DNA of 63,987 bases, filler included, from Malassezia furfur (Eukaryota): assembly GCA_052055015.1 (NCBI GenBank). It is 6 parts of 6 records of this genome, joined end to end, with 100 filler letters (N's around TTAATTAATTAA, not from the genome) between each part and the next. Parts side by side here need not be neighbours in the genome. Positions count along the whole stretch, not along the records: positions 34,037 to 45,268 come from JBQJIT010000366.1; positions 45,369 to 56,589 come from JBQJIT010000367.1; 4 more parts are not named here. One strand, given 5' to 3'. Of the stretch, positions 34,237 through 45,471 are shown in pieces. The notes below the pieces were generated by a model that worked only from the letters and a program-made list of their open reading frames with translations, ran no database searches and was not told the origin of the DNA. The stretch's first letter is position 1; each line of letters starts with the position of its first letter. The position numbers and the translations under genes are program-made.

Positions 34237-35277
34237 ATGATGGAATACGTCAACCTTGGCAACTCCGGTCTAAAAGTGTCTCGTATCGTGATGGGCTGTA
34301 TGAGCTTCGGCTCAAGCAAATTCCAGTCTTGGATGATGGATGAAGACCAAGCGCTTCCCATATTCGAATATGCGTTCAACGCAGGCATCAATACTTGGGA
34401 CACTGCTGATGTTTACAGCAATGGAAAATCTGAAGAAATCATCGGCAAAGCTTTGAAAAAGTACAACATCCCCCGGGAACGTGTCGTCATTCTCACCAAG
34501 CTCTACTATCCCATCGACGAGGAAGGTCAAGATGTTCTCGCATTGTCTCTGAACGATCCGAAGCTGGTCAATTGTTGGGGTCTTTCTAGGAAGCACATCT
34601 TCGATGCCGTTGCTAAAAGCGTTAAGCGCCTTGGGACCTACATCGATGTCCTTCAGATCCATCGTCTCGACTCTACACCAAAACACGAAATCATGCGTGC
34701 TCTAAATGATGTTGTTGATCAAGGCTATGCACGTTACATTGGAGCCAGTTCAATGGCCGCCTGGGAGTTCCAGATGCTTCAAAATATCGCAGACAAGAAT
34801 GGTTATCACAAGTTCATCTCCATGGAAAACCTTTACAATTTGCTTTATCGTGAAGAAGAACGTGAGATGATCCCCTACTGCCAAAATGCAGGTATTGGTC
34901 TTATCCCCTGGTTTTCGCTTGCTGGAGGTGTTCTAGCACGCCCCTGGAATGACAATTCTTCAAAACGGGCACAAAGTGATGCTTTGGTCAATGAGATTAT
35001 TCGCAAGGATTCTGGTGATGCAGATCAAGAGATTGTTCGTCGAGTTGAGAGTCTAGCATCAAAGAAGCAGGTTTCCATGGCTCGGATCTCTATTGCATGG
35101 ATGCTTTCCCACAAAGGTGTAAATCCGATCTTGGGTCTCACCAAACCTAAACGTATTGATGAAGCCATTGAAGCTCTGAAAGTCAAGCTCACCAATGAAG
35201 AAATTGCCTATCTCGAAGAGCCTTACAAGCCGAAAACTATTCGTGGCATAGCTCATTCCCAAAAATCCTTTGACTGA
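34237..35277 (+). CDS. Aldo-keto reductase (aryl-alcohol dehydrogenase/YajO-like), telomere-adjacent
   Basis: LGNSGLKVSRIVMGCMSFG, WDTADVYSNG, GLSRKHI, YIDVLQIHR, YNLLYREEEREM; intronless, AT-richer. Confidence 0.93.
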   Translation: MMEYVNLGNSGLKVSRIVMGCMSFGSSKFQSWMMDEDQALPIFEYAFNAGINTWDTADVYSNGKSEEIIGKALKKYNIPRERVVILTKLYYPIDEEGQDVLALSLNDPKLVNCWGLSRKHIFDAVAKSVKRLGTYIDVLQIHRLDSTPKHEIMRALNDVVDQGYARYIGASSMAAWEFQMLQNIADKNGYHKFISMENLYNLLYREEEREMIPYCQNAGIGLIPWFSLAGGVLARPWNDNSSKRAQSDALVNEIIRKDSGDADQEIVRRVESLASKKQVSMARISIAWMLSHKGVNPILGLTKPKRIDEAIEALKVKLTNEEIAYLEEPYKPKTIRGIAHSQKSFD

Positions 35278-35653
35278 GATCTCAGAAACCTCCCTGGTCT
35301 GGTCTTGCAGTAAGAAGCCATCGGTAAATGATTCACCACTCCGAAAAGATCCACCGTTTGACAGGGCAACAGTCTATAGCATCTAGTTCTACCATGGTCG
35401 TACAACGCGCCCTGTCTTCTCCATATCAAGACTCCACTGTGGATAATGCTTCTTAGCTTAGCAACGTTTCGAAGCTAAACAGAAGTCATCCAGCTGAAGC
35501 AATTGGACCTCTTTCAATCGAGAGCATTCATCGTTTCTAAAAATCCTTTGGGTAGTCATTTCGCATTACTGTATCCAATATAATAACACATGAAAGTCGT
35601 TATAAAATCTTGTTAATCAACCCCGCATTTTTGTCGGTGTCTTGTGATAAAGT

Positions 35654-37305
35654 TTATCCAACCGTTTCATCATTCTTTTCTTCACATTCAAGGCACTCCT
35701 GCGATGACTGGTCCGAGTTGGGAGCGCTCTCAACATCCGGCTTCTTCTCGGAATCTTGGTTTGTTGCCCTTCCAGCATGTTTCGAAATAGCACGCAGTTT
35801 GGCACCATACATGTAAAACACGACCGTGATAGGTACCAAGAGTGCAGCAAGTCCACCGAGAAGACTGCATCCACCTTGCAAGGTCAGGCGATTGAACATT
35901 TGGGTCGCAAAAAGTGGGAATGCGCCACCCACCAGCGCCCTAAAGAGACCGTTGCTTGCATACGCCGATGCGAGGAAGCGAGGATAGTTCTCACCGATGT
36001 AAGAAAGGAATCCTTGGAAAAGGAGGAAAGTGCCAGAAAGGAAAAGTCCAAACGCAATCAGAGGGACGATCCAGTGGACGGCACTAAACGACGTCCAGCC
36101 AAACCAAAACACGGACGCGGGGAAGAAGAGGCCACCAACAAATGCAGGTTCCATGCGGTATTCTGGGCGCCATTTCCCTTGTTTGAAGCGGGGAATGACA
36201 ATTTTGAGATTGTAGATGCAGAACACCACAAACGTAAGTGCAACTCCGATGTAGCCGCTGACATAGGCAATGCCCATTGCACCCACCGAGAATCCGTGCC
36301 TGCCCTAGAAGGCCAACGGGAAAGCCTCGAAGAAGCAGTACATGATCCCGTAGAGGTATGCAATGTAGAGATTCGCGCAAAGTAGCACGGGCTCCGTGAA
36401 GGTCAACTCAATGGGCCGACAGAGCGTTTCGTAAAGAAGCGAACTCAGCGAGATCCTCCGGTCTTGCATTTCTCCGCGTGACCGATACTTGTCGTTGCCC
36501 GTTTGCTTGCGCAGCATCTTGGCGCGCCGTGTGAGGATCGTGGCACCGCTCGTCTCGGGAAGCGTAAAGAACAACACGATCCATACGATCCCGTTTAAGC
36601 ACAGAAGAGGCCAAATTGACCAGCGCCATCCAAGGTTCTGGACAGCATAGCCAGACAGCAGTGGCCCAAGCGTCGGACCACCACATGCACCCAGGCCCCA
36701 GAACGCAAGTCCATTCATGAACCCGCCATCGATCCGCCAGATGTCGCCCACAGTCGCACCGCCGGTGGCCAAAACAGGGCTCCCCACAAAGCCGGAAATG
36801 AACCTCAGAATCATATATCCGGCAATGTTGTCCACCAGCGCATTGGGGATCTGCATGATGGTGAACAAACCGAGGCCAATGATATAGGGCATATTCCGCC
36901 CGATCCAGGAAATCTCGGTAATGGGTGACAGGATCATAGGCCCGAAACCATAGGCCCACACGAACAATGACATGGACAGGGTAGCGACGGTTTCAGAAAC
37001 TTCAAAGTACTGTGCCAATTCGGGTATACTGGGAGACACAATACTGCTGCCATGTAGACAGCCATGGTCATGCAGAACAAGAGTACGTTCACGTATACCT
37101 TGTACAAGAATGACCAGTTGTATGGGTTCTCTGGGTCGTCGTCCCCGTACCAGTCCACGATAATTTCACCAGTGTCGGGGTCCACTTGGAAGTACTGGTC
37201 AGGGTTCGGATAGTCATGGCGCTCGGTCTCGGTTTGGCACACCTTTCCTCCTGAGAGGAGGTGCAAGACGTCTCCAAATGCTGTGTTGCGGATGAGTGAA
37301 CTCAT
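35654..37305 (-). pseudogene. DHA1-family MFS drug:H+ antiporter (Flr1/Caf5-like), disrupted
   Basis: WYGDDDPENPYNW, PETS, YPRFLASAYASN; frameshift near 37045 and in-frame TAG 36305-36307, no compensating intron. Confidence 0.85.
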
Positions 37306-37939
37306 ATCCGCAAGAAACTTCTTGAGGAGAGCGGGTAATAGGAACAGCGAGCGCTGTTTTAAGTGGTGAGGAGCTCGGAGTTAAAGGTGCTTTTCATCGA
37401 GCATACTCCGAGAAAATCTGGTGGAGGTATGGCTATCTCCTTTCATTCTCGGACATTGGATGACAAATCAGGGTCAACAAGCACGGGCCAAGTTCGTCAG
37501 GGTTTGCACGTCTAGCTGACCCTACGAACTGGCTCATGTACGTGTGTTTATGTCAGCGGTCTTAATTAAGCGATGGCTTCATTCTTGTCTTATCTAAGCG
37601 TTTCATTTCCAACTGAGGGCCAGCACGGTGTAACTTAGTTTGTATGTCTCGATCTCGTCTGTTTGTTTGTTCGATACATCTCTTTTGATAGCTGTGCTTC
37701 TACGAAGCTCTTGGTGCGTTTGCCCAAGCAAGCCCCCTTCTGTTCTCATTCACAGTTCCCATTCCAGAGTAACGCGTGCGCGGTTCAGTCGAGTGGAGGT
37801 GGATCAGTTTATTTAGGCAAAATGTGCCAATTTGTACTTCCAGGCTCCATAGTATTCTGCTGGCCTGCGCCCCTTCACACCATAACCTCGGCTACGTTTT
37901 CGCGGCATCAAAGGAGAATGAAATGATTCTAAACGGCGT

Positions 37940-38310
37940 CTCCATCTTCTCGGAAGTGGGCAGAGTCGCTCTGCCTGCGGAGCTTGGCGCTCTACACGTA
38001 GAACACGACCGTAAGAGGAAACAGGAGAGCAGCGAGACCACCAGGCAGACTACAACTTCCTTGCAAGGCAAGCCCGTTGAACATTTGCCTAGCGAACAAT
38101 AGAAAGGCACCGCCTACCAATGCCCGGACCAAGCCGTTGCTCGCATACGCCGATGCTAAGAAGCGGGGATAGTTTTCGACGATGCATGCCAGGAAGGCCT
38201 GGAATGGCAAGATGTCCCACAAACGAACACTGAGAGCCTTCACCAAGAGGACGATCCATGGCACCGCGCCTAGTGTAGCGTGGCCAAAACAGAAAAGCGA
38301 CATTGGGGGT
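37940..38310 (-). pseudogene. Degraded paralogous 3' fragment of the DHA1 MFS gene
   Basis: ENYPRFLASAYASNGLVRALVGGAF..QMFNGLALQGSCSL..VVFYV*SAKLR matches about 35790-36120. Confidence 0.85.
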
Positions 38311-38822
38311 ACCTAGTACGGCAGTATCAAATACAGAACCTATGGTTACTCTTGCTCACAGCTAAAACGAGTTGCACAGACAGAGCGCTGACGCATCGCA
38401 CGCGCACGCACGCGCACGCACGCCTCTTCTCATCATCCTCGGTGGTGTACAAATTGAATTTCTGCCAAATGAACACAGGACTTCGCCGAAAATTTGGCGA
38501 GCCTGCGGCAGTCTCGCGCACGTCCCATCGTCCACTCAATTCTGATTGGGCGACTACTCGCTCGCCCCGATCCGCGGACGTACGGTACAGCACACGTGAC
38601 CAACCAGGGGGAAAAGCTGCCTTGGGCAGTCCGTGAAAAGCCTTACCTAAGAAATCGCCGCTTCGAGTGCCGCCTTTGGGCCAATCGGCGCGCCTTTTGA
38701 CCCGTCAAGATTCAGGGGCATGCAGGACGCCTCCTGTACGCGACGCCCACGCGGGGCTTTTGCCGCGTGGTGTGGGCGAACGCCGACTGTGGAGCCGGCG
38801 CGTCCTGTCCGAGCCCACCATC

Positions 38823-40235
38823 ATGCTGTTGCACGTCCTCTTTGCCGCGGTCCTGGCCCTGCTTGCCGTAGTAGGTGCCGAGCCACAGCGACGCGTGCGT
38901 CATGTGCGTCGCGACGGTGCCAAGGCGCCACTGTCGCCGACATTGGATCCGTTTTACGTGGCGCCGAATGGCTGGGAGAAGACCAAGCCTGGCACCATTC
39001 TGAGCTCGCGCGAGATTCAGGCGAGCTTCAGCACCACACAAAAGATGAACCTGGACAAGGCGTATCAGATTCTGTACCGGACGTCGGGGACGTCGACGGA
39101 CCAGCCGTCGTACACGGTGACCACTGTGCTCGTCCCCCACAATGCCAACACGGACAGCCTGGTGATGGTGATGCCGTACGAGGACTCCAACTTTGTCGAG
39201 TGTGCGCCGAGCTACAAGATCCAGCTTGGTGCGCCGGCCGAGCTGAACCCCCTGCAGTCGCTCGAAGAACTCATGTGGACATCGATGCTGAACGACGGGT
39301 GGATTCTGACGGTGCCCGACCACGAGGGCCCGCTGTCGGCCTTTTCGTCGGGCATGCTCGAGGGCTATGCGTCGCTGGACGCGCTGCGTGCGACGCTGGC
39401 CTTTGAGCCGCTCAAGCTCCCGTCGGACACCAAGATCGTGGGCACGGGCTATTCTGGCGGCGCCATTGCCGGCGGATGGGCGGCGTCACTGCAGAACACG
39501 TATGCGCCCGAGCTCAACGTGCTCGGGTGGGCGATTGGCGGCACGCCGGCCAACATCACCGCCACGTTCTACGACATGGACTCGACCATGTTTGCGGGGC
39601 TGACCGCGGCGGGTCTGGCCGGCATTGTGGATTCGTACCCCGAGGCGAACGACTACGTCGGCTCGGTCATTACCGAGACGGGCAACACGGCGCTGCAGTA
39701 CACGCGTGAGCACTGCATGAGCGACATCATCATGGGCCTGCGGAACGTCAACACGCTCAACAAGGGCTTTGTGTCGAACACGCAAGACTTTCTCACGTCG
39801 CCCTCGATCGTGGGGTTGCTGAACAACCTCACGATGGGCACCAATGCGGACCTTGTGCCGAAAGCGCCCGTGTACATGTACCACTCGGTCAACGACGAGG
39901 TGATCAGCTTCTCTATGGCGAACCGTACGGCGCAGCTGTGGTGCGACCAAGGCGCCACGATGCAGTTCCAGGCGTTCACGGGCCTGGAGATGGGCCACGT
40001 GTCTACGGAGCTACTCAACTCGCCGTTTGTGCTCAAGTTTATTCGGGACCGGATGGCCAACTCGGAATTCGGCACGGGCTGCAACTGGACGACGACCGTT
40101 GACCCGATGTGGCGGCCCGACGTGCTAGGTGCCAAGCTCACCGAGGTGTTCAACGCGCTCACCAACCTGCTCGGCTCGGCCATTGGCCCTGGCGACCACC
40201 TACTCAAGGAACACATTCAGCAGGGCCATTACTAA
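38823..40235 (+). CDS. Secreted lipase (LIP/secretory lipase family)
   Basis: Signal peptide, dibasic RR propeptide, DPFY, YQILYRT, PDHEGP, GYSGG nucleophile, HSVNDEVI. Confidence 0.93.
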   Translation: MLLHVLFAAVLALLAVVGAEPQRRVRHVRRDGAKAPLSPTLDPFYVAPNGWEKTKPGTILSSREIQASFSTTQKMNLDKAYQILYRTSGTSTDQPSYTVTTVLVPHNANTDSLVMVMPYEDSNFVECAPSYKIQLGAPAELNPLQSLEELMWTSMLNDGWILTVPDHEGPLSAFSSGMLEGYASLDALRATLAFEPLKLPSDTKIVGTGYSGGAIAGGWAASLQNTYAPELNVLGWAIGGTPANITATFYDMDSTMFAGLTAAGLAGIVDSYPEANDYVGSVITETGNTALQYTREHCMSDIIMGLRNVNTLNKGFVSNTQDFLTSPSIVGLLNNLTMGTNADLVPKAPVYMYHSVNDEVISFSMANRTAQLWCDQGATMQFQAFTGLEMGHVSTELLNSPFVLKFIRDRMANSEFGTGCNWTTTVDPMWRPDVLGAKLTEVFNALTNLLGSAIGPGDHLLKEHIQQGHY

Positions 40236-40794
40236 CCGCCTGCGACCCTTTCGCACGGGCATACCTTTGTTCTCTGTCCGTGGGGACGCACTGCGGCTGT
40301 CAACGAGCGACGTCGAGCGACGACGTGTGCCCTACCTGCACATGCCGCGGGCTAGCTCACATTCCGGGGACCGTGGGTTCGCTCTCCCGCCCCCCCGGAC
40401 CCTCAGCCTTTGCGTTTCGACATGCGCGCCATTACGTCATTGTGGCGCCTTCTCCTGTACAATCCTCCATTTAGTCATGTTCTATAGACATTCCACCAAT
40501 GCCTAGCCACGAATCACGCTGTACGGCGGTTCTGCGTAGATTCTACAGTAAGGGGGCGTGGGCCACACATGTTAAGCACTACGCCCGCTGTCCATTCTGA
40601 CAGGCTTGCTGCACTGGACAGGTGAGCACATAGTCGTACGCGTGCGTGCAGCGTGCATCCGTGGGCGTTGCGTTTATCATTGTTGATTTTTGGATCGGGC
40701 GCCGGGTGGGACGTGCCAGACAAGCTACGCGTTTCTTTCTTCCAACAACAGCCTCCCCTCCCACCTCCTCAAGCAAAACCCCCCCATCTTGAGC

Positions 40795-42201
40795 ATGTTT
40801 GGGTTCCGGCTGTTCATTCTGGCAGCTGTGGCGTTGGCCTACATCCAGTGTGCGGCGGCGCGCATGACGGTCGCGCACCGCCTGGGTGCGCGGTCGCTTC
40901 CGACGCCTGAAAACGACCCATTCTACACGCCCGACGACGGCTGGGAGAGTGCCGCGCCCGGCACGATCCTCAAGAAGCGCGAGATCACCGTCGCCAACTC
41001 GGGCGTCTTCCAGTACGGTGTGCGTGGATTCCAGCTTCTGTACCGCACGAGCGGCGTGAACCGGGGCGATGCGAGCCACACCGTGACGACCGTCATTATC
41101 CCTGAAAACTACGACAAGGACAAGCTTGTGTCGGCCAACATGTACGAGGACTCGTACTCGTCGAACTGCGCCCCGAGCTACTCGATGCGCAAGGGCTCCA
41201 AGGTGTTTAACGACCTGGCCAACTCGTACCAGATGCTCTTTATTACGACACTGCTGCACGAGGGGTGGGCGGTCACTGTGCCGGACCACGAGGGCCCGAA
41301 CAACGCGTTCACCTCGGGCCGCGTCGAGGGCCATGCGATCCTGGACGGGATCCGTGCGACGCTCAACTACAAGAAGCTCGGCCTGAACTCGGATGCCAAG
41401 GTGATTGGCTACGGGTACTCGGGTGGTGCGCTGGCGACCGGCTGGGCGGCGAGTCTGCACAGCCAGTACGCGCACGAGCTCAACGTCGCCGGCTGGTCGA
41501 TGGGCGGCACGGTCTCGAATGTGACCGAGTGGCTCGGCTACATTGACAACACGACCGGTGCCGGCTTTGCGCTCGCGAGTCTGGGTGGCCTTTCGTCGAG
41601 CTACTCGGAGCTTGCGTGGGTGCAGGACAACCTCACCTCCAAGGGTCGCCGCCTGCTGGACCAGAGCGCGCAGAACTGCATGTATCAGAACCTCTGGGCG
41701 GTCGGCAAGCAAAAGATCCTGGACGACAGTGTGTTTGCCGGCGGCTCGACGTTCCTGCAGAACGACGGCGCGCTCAACATCCTCAACAAGCTCACGCTGG
41801 GCCGCTTCAGCAAGTTTGTGCCGATTGCGCCCGTGTTCATGTTCCATGCGACGCACGACGAGGTCGTGCCGTTCAACATGGCGATCACCACGGCGGACGC
41901 GTGGTGCGCGCAGGGTGCGCAGATCAAGTTCTTGAGCAACACGGGCAGCGAGATGGAGCACACCAACACGGAGCTCTTCAACCTGCCCAACGTCATCTTC
42001 TTCATGCGTGACCGCTTCAAGGGCAAGGACTTTGGCGGCCAGTGCCAGTACCCGTCGTCCAACGACCCGTGGTTCAACCCCCAGATCCTCGGCACGAGTG
42101 CCGCGATCTACCTGCAGCAGGTGCTCGACCTGATTGGCAACCGCATTGGCGGGCACGACAGCATTCTGTGGGACAAGGTGCACAGCAAGCAGCAGCCGTA
42201 A
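40795..42201 (+). CDS. Secreted lipase (LIP family), tandem paralogue
   Basis: Signal peptide, PENDPFY, QLLYRT, PDHEGP, GYSGG, HATHDEVV. Confidence 0.93.
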   Translation: MFGFRLFILAAVALAYIQCAAARMTVAHRLGARSLPTPENDPFYTPDDGWESAAPGTILKKREITVANSGVFQYGVRGFQLLYRTSGVNRGDASHTVTTVIIPENYDKDKLVSANMYEDSYSSNCAPSYSMRKGSKVFNDLANSYQMLFITTLLHEGWAVTVPDHEGPNNAFTSGRVEGHAILDGIRATLNYKKLGLNSDAKVIGYGYSGGALATGWAASLHSQYAHELNVAGWSMGGTVSNVTEWLGYIDNTTGAGFALASLGGLSSSYSELAWVQDNLTSKGRRLLDQSAQNCMYQNLWAVGKQKILDDSVFAGGSTFLQNDGALNILNKLTLGRFSKFVPIAPVFMFHATHDEVVPFNMAITTADAWCAQGAQIKFLSNTGSEMEHTNTELFNLPNVIFFMRDRFKGKDFGGQCQYPSSNDPWFNPQILGTSAAIYLQQVLDLIGNRIGGHDSILWDKVHSKQQP

Positions 42202-42377
42202 ACGCACACGCACTGGGCCATTTTCTCTCTTTTATGCTTGGCGCCTGTGGCGCAAGCGTGGCATTGTGTGTACGCATTGCGCAGCCATCTGCCTTTGGTG
42301 TTCAGTGTTCCCAGAGGCAAACACTGTATGTAGGTTTAGTACGTTTCGAGAACTGTCGACATTCTTTCTTTCGGTAA

Positions 42378-43805
42378 CTATGGCTGGGTTTGCTCGACGT
42401 GGCGGCGCACCTCGTCCCAGACCTCGGCGTCTGCGTAGGGCGCGTCGTACGTGCGGCCGTCCGGGGGATGCATCCAGTAGTTAAAGGCCATGTGGGGTGC
42501 ATCCGGCGACGCCCACGACGTCACTTCGTGGAACCACGACGCGGGGAGGTACAGCATCTGTCCCGGCTCCAAGTCGACCACGAGTGGCGCAGGGCACGTC
42601 GGGCCAGGTACAAGCGGCGACGCGTCGGGGTGTGGGGCGGGAATGGGGGGGTCGACGTGGAAGTGCGTGTGGAGGGCATGCGGCTTGATGCGCGAGAAGC
42701 TCGGCGGCTCTTGGGGGGTATCTGTGGGTGTGGTGGTGCCGTTGGCGCGTGCTGCGCCTGGCGTTTTCCCGTCGTCCCTGTCGCCGCTGAGCGCGTCATC
42801 GTCGTCGTCGTCGTCCTCTTCCTCGTCCTCGTCGCCGTCGACGTCCTCTTCCTCGTCCTCTTCGTCCTCTTCGTCCTCGTCGCCCTCTTCCAGAGCGTTC
42901 ACATCACCCTCGTCTGCGGAATCCCACGCAGCGGCGCCATCCGCATCATCGTATGTCTCGCGCAGGAGCAAAAAGGTATCTTTGGCGTCGTCGTACGCCG
43001 CCTGCGCCTCGTTGTTCGCGCCGCGCGCACGCTTCGTCGGGCGCGCATGCAGTGTGCGTGCGCGTGCAGCGACGCGCCAGTGTGCCGCTTCGAGCGCATC
43101 GAGGCCATCCGCACGGATCCGCCCAGGGTCTTCGTACACGATCAGGCCGTTCGGGTGGACACGCTGCACCGCGCCACGGAGCGCAAGCGTGTCGTGCGCC
43201 GACGCGGGAAACAGGACGAAGCGCTTGTGCCCTGAGAGGAGGATGTAGAGGTTGTCGTGAAAGTCGTGATGGAGTCCGGAGCTCTTGGGCTGGTGACTGT
43301 TGCCGAGCCACAAGTTGCACTGCTGCAGGACGAGGCGGCCAAGGAGGCGCGGGTGCAGCGGGAAGTCGGGAAGGAGGCGGTGTGTCGGGGTCGGGAGAAG
43401 CGTATCGAGCCTTGGACCTGCGTCGAGGTCGTCGCTGGCGGGCGGCTCGTCGAGTTCGTACTGCGTCGTGAGGTAGTATTTGCCTGCGGTGTCGTGCTGG
43501 AGGGTGTCGAGGTACTCGGCAAACGTCATCGTCGTGCGTGGCGTGGCCGTGCCAAAGCAGTCGTCTTGTGGGTGCACGGGCTCGACGCGCACGACGGCGT
43601 CGCCGGCCTGTTGGCGCAAGTGCGCCAGGTCCGTCCAGGACGTGCCGCGCCATTGCGGGTCGTCCAGCAAGCCGTTGAGGACAACAGGCTTGCGTGGAGC
43701 AATGTAGCGTTCCCACATGTCGTGTGCCGACAGCGACGCCGGTTCGACGGCGACACGGTCGCCGGCGCGCGGCACGTAGCCTGCGTACGCGCTGCTGCTG
43801 GGCAT
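42378..43805 (-). CDS. JmjC/Cupin_8 2-oxoglutarate oxygenase with acidic insertion
   Basis: NLWLGN, SSGLHHDFHDNLY, GQMLYLPASWFHEV, FNYWMHPP. Confidence 0.88.
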   Translation of the reverse strand: MPSSSAYAGYVPRAGDRVAVEPASLSAHDMWERYIAPRKPVVLNGLLDDPQWRGTSWTDLAHLRQQAGDAVVRVEPVHPQDDCFGTATPRTTMTFAEYLDTLQHDTAGKYYLTTQYELDEPPASDDLDAGPRLDTLLPTPTHRLLPDFPLHPRLLGRLVLQQCNLWLGNSHQPKSSGLHHDFHDNLYILLSGHKRFVLFPASAHDTLALRGAVQRVHPNGLIVYEDPGRIRADGLDALEAAHWRVAARARTLHARPTKRARGANNEAQAAYDDAKDTFLLLRETYDDADGAAAWDSADEGDVNALEEGDEDEEDEEDEEEDVDGDEDEEEDDDDDDDALSGDRDDGKTPGAARANGTTTPTDTPQEPPSFSRIKPHALHTHFHVDPPIPAPHPDASPLVPGPTCPAPLVVDLEPGQMLYLPASWFHEVTSWASPDAPHMAFNYWMHPPDGRTYDAPYADAEVWDEVRRHVEQTQP

Positions 43806-43880
43806 GGTGCGCCTTTTTTTTTTGGCGGGTGGGGGTGTGAAGTGGAGCCCACGTGGCGCGGGCGGCGGTTCGTTGGCGCG

Positions 43881-44618
43881 ATGATGCACGAAGGGGACCA
43901 AGCGGGTGCGCAGGCCGGCTTCTCGCCGCAGAAGCTGGTGCGCGAGGCGCACATGCTGCACATGCGCGCACAGCATCTCATCGACAGTACGGCGCCATAC
44001 ACGGTGCAGCGGTGGGCGGCGACGGGTGCGCTGCTCTTCCTGTTCATGCTGCGCATTGTGCTCGCGGAAGGATGGTACATTGGTACGTGGGCGCGCGCGT
44101 GTGTGTGCTGACGCAGTGTGCTATGCGCTGTTCATCTACCTGCTCAATCTATTCCTGGCGTTCCTGACGCCGAAGTTTGACCCTGCGCTTGAGTCGGATC
44201 TCGCCGCGCAGGACGTCGAAGAAGGCGAGCCGGGCCTGCCGACGAGTGCGCGTGCGGCGGCCTCGTCGGGCGGGCTGATGAGCAGTGTGTTCCACCCGAC
44301 GCAGCAGGATGGCGACCAGGACGAGTTCCGTCCGTTCATCCGGCGCCTGCCGGAGTTCAAGGTGGGTTGTGGACGATGCTGACGCAGTTCTGGCTGAGTG
44401 CGACGCAGGCGACGGTGCTGTCCATCTTTGCGACTTTCTTTGAGGCGTTCAACATCCCCGTGTTCTGGCCTGTGCTCGTGGTGTACTTTATGGTGCTGTT
44501 TGTGCTGACGATGCGCCGGCAGATCCAGTACGTGCGCGGATGCTCACCCAGGCACATGATCCAGTACAAGTACCTTCCTTTTGATATTGGGCGCAAGGTG
44601 CGCTACGGCTCGTCGTAG
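43881..44618 (+). CDS. RER1: Golgi-to-ER retrieval receptor Rer1
   Basis: GWYIVCYAL, AFLTPKFDP, EFRPFIRRLPEFKFW, HMIQYKYLPF; introns 44083-44116, 44362-44387, 44528-44551. Confidence 0.95.
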
Positions 44619-44635
44619 GAGTGTGCAAATAGGCG

Positions 44636-45268
44636 CTACGACGTTTCCGGGGCATGCGCTGCTGCCGGCGCTGCTGCCGCCGCACGCGGGTTCGACAGCA
44701 CGCCGCGGTGGGCGTCGTCGCGGCGCACGTACACCACGAGGTAGGCCGTGGCGCCGGTCGGGCTGGGGTCAGTGCATTGCGGGCAGGACGTACTCTTGCT
44801 GCACCTCGGCGAGCGGGATGGGGTGCACCCGGGTATCGTTGAGCATGATCCATGCGTCCTGGTGCGCCGTGTCGCGCTGGTCGAGGAAGTAGTGGCCGTG
44901 AGAGGCCTCGCCTCGGTGCATAAACACGGCCGCGAGCTCGTACGCGACGTGCTCGGCGCCCGCCCAGCGCGCGTGCAGCTGCTCGCGCGTGGCGTGCAGT
45001 TCGCGGCGCACGTCGTCCGCCTCGGCGCGCAGTGCGTCGGCGGCGTGCGTGAGCTGTGCGGTGCGTTCTGGCGCGAGGAGCGCCGCGAGGCTCGGCGACG
45101 TGCCCTGGACGTGTGCGAGTGTCTCGGCGAGGGTGGTGAGCTGCGTCGGGAGCGCGGCGTCGTCGCCCGTGAGCTGTGCCAGGCGTGTGCGCAGGGCCGC
45201 CATGCGCTGGCGGTCGGCGCGCGTCGCGTCGGCGCGTGCGGCGGCCTCCGGCGTGGGCGCAGCGCCCA
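44636..45268 (-). CDS. UBP2: Ubiquitin-specific protease C-terminus (Ubp2-like), 5'-truncated
   Basis: His box YELAAVFMHRGEASHGHY, WIMLND, intron 44763-44793, TGATAYLVVYVR. Confidence 0.78.
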   Translation of the reverse strand, partial: WALRPRRRPPHAPTRRAPTASAWRPCAHAWHSSRATTPRSRRSSPPSPRHSHTSRARRRASRRSSRQNAPHSSRTPPTHCAPRRTTCAANCTPRASSCTRAGRAPSTSRTSSRPCLCTEARPLTATTSSTSATRRTRTHGSCSTIPGCTPSRSPRCSKSTSCPQCTDPSPTGATAYLVVYVRRDDAHRGVLSNPRAAAAAPAAAHAPETS

Positions 45269-45368
45269 NNNNNNNNNNNNNNNNNNNNNNNNNNNNNNNN
45301 NNNNNNNNNNNNTTAATTAATTAANNNNNNNNNNNNNNNNNNNNNNNNNNNNNNNNNNNNNNNNNNNN
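45269..45368. other. Artificial contig linker
   Basis: N44-TTAATTAATTAA-N44. Confidence 0.98.
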
Positions 45369-45422
45369 ATCCTAATCCTAATCCTAATCCTAATCCTAAT
45401 CCTAATCCTAATCCTAATCCTA
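45369..45422. repeat. Telomeric repeat (CCTAAT)~9
   Basis: Perfect tandem hexamer at contig start. Confidence 0.9.
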
Positions 45423-45471
45423 GGCAAAAAAAATTGCGGAAAGTCTGCTTTAGTTTCTATTGGGCGTATAT

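Noticed and set aside
37026..37043. Possible 16-nt intron (GTATTG...CCAG) rescuing the MFS frameshift
   Set aside because: Removal gives the wrong frame and there is no branch point
38397..38424. CGCA-type microsatellite
   Set aside because: Short simple repeat with no sign of function
34037..45422. Both telomere tracts are 54 nt long
   Set aside because: Probably truncation by the short-read assembler rather than true telomere length
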